From assembly GCA_910584295.1 (NCBI GenBank), contig CAJTYR010000001.1, positions 69,374 to 133,373 on the forward strand: a DNA stretch of 64,000 bases, given 5' to 3'. Below the pieces are notes generated by a model. It saw nothing but the letters and a program-made list of their open reading frames with translations, ran no database searches and was not told the DNA's origin. Source of the stretch: an uncultured Christensenella sp. GTDB taxonomy: Bacteria; Bacillota; Clostridia; Christensenellales; UBA1242. This document shows positions 10,006 through 17,181 of this stretch, piece after piece. The number at the start of each line of letters is the position of its first letter. The first letter of the stretch is position 1. The translations under genes and the position numbers were made by a program.

Positions 10006-10126
10006 AATACCTCCAAGTGAATAACTTTTATTGAATATAGCATATAAAAATTATAAAGTCAAACAAATGAAAATCAAGCCTTCTACAAATTTTGTGAAAT
10101 TACAATGAAAAGAAACAAAAAAGGTT

Positions 10127-10154
10127 TTGAAAAGTCACTGTAATATGTTAAAAT
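10127..10154 (+). promoter_or_regulatory. sigma-A-type promoter for the DegV gene
   Basis: TTGAAA (10127-10132), 16-nt spacer, TAAAAT (10149-10154). Confidence 0.45.
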
Positions 10155-10191
10155 GCAAATGTGTTTATATAGACAACCCCTTGGAGGATTT

Positions 10192-11034
10192 ATGATCAAA
10201 ATAATTGCTGACAGCACAGCATACTTACCAAAAGAATATGCAAAAGAGAACGATATCACTGTTGTTCCTCTTCGATATTTGCTTGGAGAGAAAGAATATG
10301 AGGAAGGTTTCCCTGGGACTTTTGATGAGTTCTTTAAAGAATTTACAGCAACAAAAATTTTCCCTAAAACAAGTCAGCCTTCACTCGAACTTTTCACTGA
10401 AGAATACAACAAAGCCATTGCAAATGGAGATGAAGTATTGGTGTTTACTATTGGCTCAAATTTTTCTGGCACTTTCAGTGTGGCAAATCTTGCAAAAGAT
10501 CAATGCAATGACCCAAGTAAAGTGACAGTTTTTGACAGCCAAGGACTTGCTCAAACAATTTGTGGCTATGTCATGGAAGCGGTCAACATGAGGAAAGATG
10601 GAAAAAGTATTTCTGAAATTGTTTCTCACCTTGAAAAATGCGTTGAAAAAAGTTCAATAGTTTTTGTGCCAGACACTCTTGAATATATCTATAAAGGTGG
10701 AAGAATTGGAAAAGTAAGTGCAACAATCGGTTCTATTCTTCAAATTAAACCAATCGTCATATGCAACAAAAATGAACTTTCAAACAAAAAGTCTTTTGGT
10801 ATGCAAAAAGCCATAAAAGACATGTTTGCAATAATTCCGCAAAACATAAACCGATTGTTTATATTACATTTGGCAAAAAAAGAAGGTTTTGAAGCATTTA
10901 AGCAAACAGCATATCGCATGCTTGAAAGCAGAGTAGACAAAGATAAGATTGAAATTCTTGAAGGTGAAGTTGGTCCAGTTGTAGGAACATATGCAGGACC
11001 TGCTGTTGGATTTGCTTGGACTGCACAACCATAG
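10192..11034 (+). CDS. DegV family fatty-acid-binding protein (FakB-like)
   Basis: Start set at MIKIIADSTAYLP (GGAGG RBS at 10183-10187). Typical DegV N-terminus and GPVVGTYAGPAVG C-terminus. TAG stop. Confidence 0.9.
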   Translation: MIKIIADSTAYLPKEYAKENDITVVPLRYLLGEKEYEEGFPGTFDEFFKEFTATKIFPKTSQPSLELFTEEYNKAIANGDEVLVFTIGSNFSGTFSVANLAKDQCNDPSKVTVFDSQGLAQTICGYVMEAVNMRKDGKSISEIVSHLEKCVEKSSIVFVPDTLEYIYKGGRIGKVSATIGSILQIKPIVICNKNELSNKKSFGMQKAIKDMFAIIPQNINRLFILHLAKKEGFEAFKQTAYRMLESRVDKDKIEILEGEVGPVVGTYAGPAVGFAWTAQP

Positions 11035-11040
11035 GATATC

Positions 11041-11063
11041 CCCCACAAATTGTGGGGTTTTTA
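11041..11063 (+). terminator. rho-independent terminator after the DegV gene
   Basis: CCCCACA-aat-TGTGGGG followed by TTTTT. Confidence 0.75.
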
Positions 11064-11088
11064 TATCAAAAGCAAAAAGGAGAAAATT

Positions 11089-11814
11089 ATGATAAGAAAA
11101 ACAGCCATAATCATTGGTGCATCAAGTGAAATAGGATTTGAAACTGCAAAGAAACTCGCAAAACAAGGTTTTAACCTTGCACTTACTTACAATACGACAG
11201 AAATTGATACAGCTATTTTTGAAAAAGTCGATGTGAAAACTTATGGTCTTAACCTCAGTCAGACTGGAGCAGTTGAAAAATTCTTTGAACAAGTTCAAAA
11301 AGATTTCCAAACATTTGACTGCCTTATTTATTGTGCTGGAGTCGCACAGAAGCGTGCATTGATTTTTGATGTAACAAATGATGAAATTGACAACTTGTTT
11401 GAAGTTAACATAAAATCTGCAATCAAGGCTGTAAGAGAGTTTTCAAAAATGACTGCAAACAAAAACCCTGCAAACATTGTTTTGGTTGGTTCTTTCGTGG
11501 AAAAAAATGGTTGCTCATGTGAAAGTGTTTATACCGCAACAAAAAGTGCTTTGAGCGGACTTTGCAAATCAATTGCAAGTGAACTTGGTAATCTTGACAC
11601 AAGAATTAATGTCGTTGCCCCTGGATTTATTGACACAAAAATGAACAATAATCTTGATGATGAAGATAAGGAAGAAATTGGATTGATGACTCCTCTTAAA
11701 AGACTTGGACGAACAGAAGATGTTGCAAATGCAATTTGCTTTCTTTCTGATGAAAAATCCTCATTCATCACTGGTCAAACACTCTATATAGATGGCGGTT
11801 TAATTTTAGAATAA
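11089..11814 (+). CDS. SDR family oxidoreductase (FabG-like)
   Basis: Start at MIRKTAIIIGASSEIG (RBS AAAGGAGAA). YxxxK (YTATKSA) and C-terminal ITGQTLYIDGG. Confidence 0.85.
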   Translation: MIRKTAIIIGASSEIGFETAKKLAKQGFNLALTYNTTEIDTAIFEKVDVKTYGLNLSQTGAVEKFFEQVQKDFQTFDCLIYCAGVAQKRALIFDVTNDEIDNLFEVNIKSAIKAVREFSKMTANKNPANIVLVGSFVEKNGCSCESVYTATKSALSGLCKSIASELGNLDTRINVVAPGFIDTKMNNNLDDEDKEEIGLMTPLKRLGRTEDVANAICFLSDEKSSFITGQTLYIDGGLILE

Positions 11815-11819
11815 TTGCG

Positions 11820-11843
11820 TAATACACAATATATGGTGTATTA
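11820..11843. repeat. 8-8-8 inverted repeat TAATACAC-aatatatg-GTGTATTA; copy 2 of the 15-mer TAATACACAATATAT
   Basis: Read directly: 11820-11834 is the 15-mer on the plus strand. Confidence 0.7.
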
Positions 11844-11894
11844 TTCAATAGCAATGATGATATTTGATATTTTGTAAAAATAATTAAAAAATCC

Positions 11895-11923
11895 TTGTAT
11901 AAAGTGTCGAATTATGATATAAT
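11895..11923 (+). promoter_or_regulatory. sigma-A promoter with extended -10 for the Rho-like gene
   Basis: TTGTAT, 17-nt spacer, TGaTATAAT (11915-11923). Confidence 0.5.
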
Positions 11924-11959
11924 ACAATCAGAAATGACGCAAAAGCAAAGGAGAAAAAA

Positions 11960-13150
11960 ATGTCAAAAAAGCCGAACTATGAATATAAAGATTTGACAAA
12001 AAGTCAACAAGATTGCCTTTCAGTGATTGAAGGGCTTGGCATTTATGAGCTCCGTGCTCTTGCAAGAGTGTTTGGTGACAACTCTCCAACGACACTTAAA
12101 AGAGATGAACATATCAAAATTGTGATGGACAAAATTATCTCTGGAGAAGAACTTCGTCCCCTTCCTCTTCGACAAGGTCGACCACATAAAGAACTTTCAA
12201 GCATTTCAGGGATTTTGGAAGAATTGTCAAGCCTCACTGGGAAAAATTACAATTCGACAAAGAATGGCGTTCTTGGTAATATTCATTTGAAAAAAAACAT
12301 TATTTTCAGACAACCAGAACAAGATATTATTTCAAAGCAACTTTTTCCAATTAAGGCAAAAGGAATTTTATGTGAAAACACCAATGGTGACCTCTTTTTC
12401 TACAATCAATACAACTTTAGATTTGTTTTGATTGGGCAAGAACTGGCAAAATATCTCAATCCTTTTGATTTTATTGAAGGGACAGCTGTTTTGATGAATA
12501 ATAACAATGAATATATATTGAAAAGCATTGAAAAACTTAATTTTGAGGAATTCCCAAGTGACGTAATTCATTCTGCATACAAAAAATGCAACCCATATCA
12601 AGAGATTAAGTCTGAAGATGTATCTATCACCCTTGGAAATAGATATCGCATTAATAATCTTATCAGATTTGTTGATAAAAAAGAAAAACTTTCAATGTTG
12701 GTTAAAACATTGAAAAAAAATGGAATCCCAACCCTTTCAATCATTCCAAACGTGTCTGATGAAGATTTACTGGATATTCAATCAATTGGCTTTGACAGCC
12801 AAATCTTGTTTAAATACAATGAAAAAACACTTGACCCGTATGACACTTTGATGACTGTTAATGAATTTCTTAAAAGACAACAAGAACTCGGCAAAAGCAT
12901 TGCAGTTTTTGTGCAAGATCCTGTGACATTGCTCAACATGATTGATTATTGTTTCAAAAATCAACCCAAATTTTTTATGAGTCACACAGAAGAAGCTTCA
13001 AACATCATCAAAGAACTTGGTTGTCGTGCAATGGCTGGAGAAGGAAACAAAAGCACAACTTGCTTTTTCTCCTTTGATAATTCAGATTTGTTTGATCCTT
13101 TGTATGTTTCTTTGATATATAAAGTTTTCAAGCCTTTGGAATTTAACTAA
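11960..13150 (+). CDS. Rho-like protein lacking a Walker A P-loop (degenerate Rho paralog)
   Basis: Collinear by-eye alignment with E. coli Rho across the Rho_N-like, CSD/OB-like and RecA-like parts. There is no GKT/GKS anywhere, and about 13 residues are missing where the P-loop should be. The protein ends about 70 aa early. RBS AAAGGAGAA. Confidence 0.45.
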   Translation: MSKKPNYEYKDLTKSQQDCLSVIEGLGIYELRALARVFGDNSPTTLKRDEHIKIVMDKIISGEELRPLPLRQGRPHKELSSISGILEELSSLTGKNYNSTKNGVLGNIHLKKNIIFRQPEQDIISKQLFPIKAKGILCENTNGDLFFYNQYNFRFVLIGQELAKYLNPFDFIEGTAVLMNNNNEYILKSIEKLNFEEFPSDVIHSAYKKCNPYQEIKSEDVSITLGNRYRINNLIRFVDKKEKLSMLVKTLKKNGIPTLSIIPNVSDEDLLDIQSIGFDSQILFKYNEKTLDPYDTLMTVNEFLKRQQELGKSIAVFVQDPVTLLNMIDYCFKNQPKFFMSHTEEASNIIKELGCRAMAGEGNKSTTCFFSFDNSDLFDPLYVSLIYKVFKPLEFN

Positions 13151-13159
13151 ATATGAAAT

Positions 13160-13186
13160 AAGGTGCCTTTGCACCTTGTTTTTTTT
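13160..13186 (+). terminator. rho-independent terminator
   Basis: AAGGTGC-cttt-GCACCTT followed by gTTTTTTTT. Confidence 0.8.
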
Positions 13187-13215
13187 GTCTGAATCTGCGA
13201 CTATCAATCTTTTAT

Positions 13216-13244
13216 TTGACTTATATGTTTATTTTTTTTATACT
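13216..13244 (+). promoter_or_regulatory. sigma-A promoter for lgt
   Basis: TTGACT, 17-nt spacer, TATACT. Confidence 0.5.
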
Positions 13245-13270
13245 TGTAACATAAAATTTAGAGGAGAAAT

Positions 13271-14095
13271 ATGATCGATCAAATCTTATCTATTCCAAGT
13301 GGTTTTTCACTTTTTGGACTTGATATAAAGTTTTATGGCATAATCAGCGCATTGTCATATTTTCTTGGCGTTCTTATCACTTGTCTATTGGCGAAAAAAA
13401 GAGGTTTCACCACAGACAACATTCTCACCCTCGCTCTATATGTTATACCGCTTGCAATAATAGGTGCAAGAATCTACTATGTGCTTTTCAGCCTTGACAG
13501 TTACACCAATTTTGTTGATGTTTTCAAAATTTGGGAAGGCGGTCTCGCTTTTTATGGCGGATTGATTGGCGGTGGTGTTGGAGTTGTTCTCTATTGCACC
13601 ATCCACAAAAAGAATTTTTTTGCACTTATTGATTTGATAGGTGTTGCAATGATTTTTGCTCAAGGCGTTGGAAGATGGGGCAACTTCTTCAACCAAGAAG
13701 CTTTTGGTGTGGAAGTGAACAACCCAAAATTGCAATGGTTCCCTTTCGCTGTATTCATTGAAAATCTTGGAGAGTGGCATCTTGCGACCTTCTTCTATGA
13801 AAGTTTATGGAACTTTGCGACCTTTGCAATACTCCTCACCCTCCTGCTCAAAGTCAAATTTAAACATAATGGAATGATTGCCGCATATTACTTGATTTTT
13901 TATGGAATTGGCAGAGCATGGATTGAAGGTTTGCGCACTGACAGCCTCTATCTTGGTTCTATGAGAGTTTCTCAAGTTTTGAGCATAATTTTTATTGCAT
14001 TGGGACTTTTCATCATCATCTTCAACACAATAAAGGAACGAAGAAAAAAAGATGTCACAGACAAAATCATTAGCATCATAAAAAGTGATTTTTAA
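13271..14095 (+). CDS. lgt: prolipoprotein diacylglyceryl transferase
   Basis: FYGGLIGGGVG and GRWGNFFNQEAFG motifs; polytopic. Confidence 0.95.
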   Translation: MIDQILSIPSGFSLFGLDIKFYGIISALSYFLGVLITCLLAKKRGFTTDNILTLALYVIPLAIIGARIYYVLFSLDSYTNFVDVFKIWEGGLAFYGGLIGGGVGVVLYCTIHKKNFFALIDLIGVAMIFAQGVGRWGNFFNQEAFGVEVNNPKLQWFPFAVFIENLGEWHLATFFYESLWNFATFAILLTLLLKVKFKHNGMIAAYYLIFYGIGRAWIEGLRTDSLYLGSMRVSQVLSIIFIALGLFIIIFNTIKERRKKDVTDKIISIIKSDF

Positions 14096-14126
14096 AAAGG
14101 TTGAGTATTGTTCAACCTTTTTTTTG
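14095..14126 (+). terminator. rho-independent terminator after lgt
   Basis: AAAAGGTTGA-gtattgt-TCAACCTTTT followed by a T-run. Confidence 0.75.
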
Positions 14127-14160
14127 ATTAAAAACATGTGAAATATGCCATACTAAGAAT

Positions 14161-14661
14161 ATGAAAGGCAGAGTTATGGGCTTCAAAAAAACATGGTTTT
14201 TGCGCAGTATTGCTTTATGTTGTGCGTTACTTTTTGTAGGTTTGACATGTTTTGCTTTTTTGAAACTTAAAATCCCCAATTTATGGTTTTATTCTTTTTG
14301 TCTTGGCGTTGGAATATATGAGCTTTCAAAAGGACTGCTCTTCAGATTTGACAGTGCACTTTATTTTGGACTTCTTATGACAAACATAGGTGCAAGTGGT
14401 TACATTTTCTATTTGTGCAACCTTAGAGAATATGCGGTGTTTTTCATTGCAATTTCTTTCATTATTGCATCAATTATCACTTTTGTTCTTTGTCAACAAC
14501 GATTTCATTTAATTCTTGCTTATTCGATATCTTTCTTAAGCTTATATGGTTTTTTGTTTGCAAAAAAATTGATTAGCACCCCCATTTTAATTGCTTTTAT
14601 TCTCTTATTTTTGATACAATTAGTTGTGTCGATTACATTAAATATAAAAAAAGGAATTTGA
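14161..14661 (+). CDS. hypothetical polytopic membrane protein
   Basis: 166 aa, 5-6 hydrophobic helices, no family recognised. Start uncertain (14161 or 14176). Confidence 0.55.
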   Translation: MKGRVMGFKKTWFLRSIALCCALLFVGLTCFAFLKLKIPNLWFYSFCLGVGIYELSKGLLFRFDSALYFGLLMTNIGASGYIFYLCNLREYAVFFIAISFIIASIITFVLCQQRFHLILAYSISFLSLYGFLFAKKLISTPILIAFILLFLIQLVVSITLNIKKGI

Positions 14662-14663
14662 AA

Positions 14664-15281
14664 ATGTTTCAGCAAGAATTAAATGGTTACAATCGCAGTG
14701 AGGTTGATTCTTATATTCAGAGACTTAAAGCAAATTATGAAGCAAAACTGATGTCTGAAAAACTTAAAGCATTGGAAAGTGAGCGCAAATTACTTGATGC
14801 AAAAAATGAAAGAGTTGAACTTGAAAACAAAGAAAAAAACATACTCAACGCATTGAAGACGATTGAAAAGCAACAGCAATTTCAAGAAGAAGGCTCAAGG
14901 AAAATTTATGGTCTAGTCATGGAAAAATTGGAACTTCTTTTAAATGAACTGAATCTCCGATTTCCAGAGCTTTCACATGATTCACAATATTTGGATATTT
15001 TGGATGAGTTCTCAAAGGTCATCACTTCTGCAAAAAATGAAATGAAGAAAGCCCCTGCTGTGGCATATTCAGTCAATTCCGGAAATGACAGCATGAGAGC
15101 ATTGCTGTCAAAAATGCAAGAATACAGAAAAATTCAAGACACACCAAAGGAAGTTAAAATCCAAACAACAAAGCAACAACCAAAACCAGATGAAGCTTTC
15201 AGTTTTGAAGAAGCTCTTCATCCAACCGAAGACTTGGAAGAAATCATGAAAGCCTTTGATTTCTATAATCAAGAAGGCTGA
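14664..15281 (+). CDS. DivIVA-domain coiled-coil protein
   Basis: FQQELNGYNRSEVDSYIQRL matches the DivIVA N-terminal F-x4-(R/N)GY-x3-EVD motif, followed by a long coiled coil. First ATG is at 14664, after the upstream stop. Confidence 0.7.
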   Translation: MFQQELNGYNRSEVDSYIQRLKANYEAKLMSEKLKALESERKLLDAKNERVELENKEKNILNALKTIEKQQQFQEEGSRKIYGLVMEKLELLLNELNLRFPELSHDSQYLDILDEFSKVITSAKNEMKKAPAVAYSVNSGNDSMRALLSKMQEYRKIQDTPKEVKIQTTKQQPKPDEAFSFEEALHPTEDLEEIMKAFDFYNQEG

Positions 15282-15300
15282 CAAACAAAGGAGAAAATTT

Positions 15301-15552
15301 ATGATTGAATACAAATTTGACACACAACTTTTGATTGAAGGAAAAGATCTTTCCGATGATAAAATAAGAGATTACATCACCGACAACATTGAAGGAGATT
15401 GTTTGCTTGTCGTTGGAGATGACGAACTCATCAAAATTCATTTTCATACAAACACACCTTGGAAAGTGCTTGAATATTGCGATGGACTTGGCGACATTCA
15501 AGATATAGTTGTTGAAAACATGGAAAGACAAGCCAATGGGCTCAATGGCTGA
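15301..15552 (+). CDS. stand-alone 83-aa protein resembling the segment just after the DhaL/DAK2 domain of FakA/YloV
   Basis: GDCLLVVGDDELIKIHFHTNTPWKVLEYCDGLGDIQDIVVENMERQ parallels YloV GDSLvVV.dd..vKVHvHt..PG.vl....yG.L...kieNMreQ. RBS AAAGGAGAA; terminator follows. Confidence 0.5.
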   Translation: MIEYKFDTQLLIEGKDLSDDKIRDYITDNIEGDCLLVVGDDELIKIHFHTNTPWKVLEYCDGLGDIQDIVVENMERQANGLNG

Positions 15553-15577
15553 CATTCATTGTTTATTAAAAAAATTT

Positions 15578-15611
15578 AATCCGTTTCAAAACTATAGAAA
15601 CGGATTTTTTA
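15578..15611. terminator. bidirectional terminator between convergent genes
   Basis: AATCCGTTTC-aaaactata-GAAACGGATT, with a T-run on the plus strand and an A-run upstream. Confidence 0.75.
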
Positions 15612-16592
15612 TTAGAAAAATAATGTGAGAAGCATTCCTGAAGCAATGCCTATGACAAATTGCAATATCAAAATACCCAAATTTTGAAGTGGTTTTTTTC
15701 TGTTTTTTGTCCAAAGAATAATCATTCCAACTCCTGCACAGGATGTGAGTCCTGCAACAAGTGCCGGAAAACATAATGCCCCCGAAATATAAAGTTCCAC
15801 CAAAAGCACAGATGAAGCACAATTTGGAATAAGCCCAACCACAGCTGCAACCAAGACTTGAATATACATGCTGTTTGTTAGGATTTTTGAAATAATGTCA
15901 ACGCCAGCATACTCCGCATAACCAATCAGCAAATTTAAAACAAAAGTTGCAACAAAAATGTAAATTATTATTTCAAAGGTGTGATAATAAGCATCCAAGA
16001 ATACATTATCAACACAACATGATTTTTCATGTCCACAATCATCTGCGCAATCAGATGTGTGTATATGACCACAAGAATGATGATGTTCGTGATGGTGTTC
16101 ATGAATGTGAACTTCACTATGGCTTTCCTCATGTTTTTCAGAAGTCTCAATTTTCTGGATCTCTTGCTTCTTTTTCTTTGATTTTGAAATTAAAGCAACA
16201 GCACCATCAATTGCAAAGCCCCAAAATAATGCCAAAACAATTTTTATTCCAATAAGAAGCAACATGGAAAGCAAGGAATCTTTGTTTGTAAGCATAATTG
16301 GAATTGCTTCATCTGATGTTGCAATAAAAACAGCAATCACAGTCCCCAATGAAACTTTTGCTCGAGAATAGAAATCTGCAATCACAGAAGAAAATCCGCA
16401 CTGTGGAACACAGCCTAAAAAAGATGCATAAATAACACTTGTCTTTTTGCTTTTTGCAAGGAATTTCCCAAACTTATGGCTGTGGTCATGAGACAAGTAT
16501 GCAACAAGAAGGTATGCAAGAAAAAGGATTGGAAGCACTTTCAAGCAATCCACAACAGCATCATATAAACAATCAACAAAAATCTTTGACAT
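15612..16592 (-). CDS. ArsP_2/DUF2899-like 10-TM putative metal permease with a His/Cys-rich loop
   Basis: N-terminal LGCVPQCGFSSV and C-terminal GLIPNCASSV repeats are typical of the putative heavy-metal exporter family. Central loop HEESHSEVHIHEHHHEHHHSCGHIHTSDCADDCGHEKSCC. Confidence 0.65.
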   Translation of the reverse strand: MSKIFVDCLYDAVVDCLKVLPILFLAYLLVAYLSHDHSHKFGKFLAKSKKTSVIYASFLGCVPQCGFSSVIADFYSRAKVSLGTVIAVFIATSDEAIPIMLTNKDSLLSMLLLIGIKIVLALFWGFAIDGAVALISKSKKKKQEIQKIETSEKHEESHSEVHIHEHHHEHHHSCGHIHTSDCADDCGHEKSCCVDNVFLDAYYHTFEIIIYIFVATFVLNLLIGYAEYAGVDIISKILTNSMYIQVLVAAVVGLIPNCASSVLLVELYISGALCFPALVAGLTSCAGVGMIILWTKNRKKPLQNLGILILQFVIGIASGMLLTLFF

Positions 16593-16683
16593 TTACGCTC
16601 CCAAATTTTCTAGGACATTATAACATACCGCCCAATAAAATTACAAACAATTTTTACATTGAACAGTTTAAACATAAGTTTAA

Positions 16684-16717
16684 ATAAGTTGACTAAGCAA
16701 CTTATATATGTTATATT
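16684..16717 (+). promoter_or_regulatory. sigma-A promoter for the MarR-ABC operon overlapped by a perfect 8-6-8 inverted repeat (candidate MarR operator)
   Basis: ATAAGTTG-actaag-CAACTTAT (16684-16705). TTGACT (16689-16694), 17-nt spacer, TATATT (16712-16717). Confidence 0.5.
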
Positions 16718-16752
16718 TAATTTAGTTAAAAAGTTTTAACAAAAGGGAAAAT

Positions 16753-17172
16753 ATGGAAAAAGAAAGTCGTGACTTTTCAAAACTATTTAATATAAAAAAA
16801 TATCACACTGCATACACAACACAACTTGCAAAAGATAACAATGTTGGCGTTGGGTGTTTAGTGTTTTTGAAGGCTCTTACATCAAAAGCTTTTCACTCAC
16901 AACAAGAGCTTTCTGAATTTGTTGGTTGCAACAAAGCACATACAAGCCGAATCCTCACAAAAATGCTCAATCAGGGACTTCTTGATATCTCACAAGAAAG
17001 AGGCATAAAATTGACAGAAGAAGGACTTAAGCTTGCAAAAAAAGTTGAGAAAATTGACAAAGAGTACACTGCAAAACTTCTTGAAAGTGTGTCAAAAGAC
17101 GATTTGGAAATTTTCAGAAAAGTGTGCAAACAAATTTACAAAAATTCAGAAAAGATTGCAAACTCTAATTAA
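16753..17172 (+). CDS. MarR family transcriptional regulator
   Basis: 139 aa with a winged-HTH segment QQELSEFVGCNKAHTSRILTKMLNQGLL. Confidence 0.85.
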   Translation: MEKESRDFSKLFNIKKYHTAYTTQLAKDNNVGVGCLVFLKALTSKAFHSQQELSEFVGCNKAHTSRILTKMLNQGLLDISQERGIKLTEEGLKLAKKVEKIDKEYTAKLLESVSKDDLEIFRKVCKQIYKNSEKIANSN

Positions 17173-17181
17173 GGAGTGTTT

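Noticed and set aside
10006-10126. Looked for a T-box or other leader upstream of lysS, and for leaders upstream of other aaRS genes.
   Set aside because: The lysS upstream region is only ~120 nt, with no specifier-hairpin or T-box sequence (no AGGGUGGNACCGCG-like element). The ileS leader lies outside the window.
10153-10191. N-terminal extensions given by the ORF track for the DegV gene (10153), SDR (11050), frr (45133), rpsB (49111), rlmH (50970), pepF (59610), rbfA (34295), rimP (39673) and the FakA-like gene (15256).
   Set aside because: In each case an internal ATG is preceded by a good Shine-Dalgarno sequence and matches the conserved family N-terminus. The extension also overlaps a terminator, a promoter or the upstream gene.
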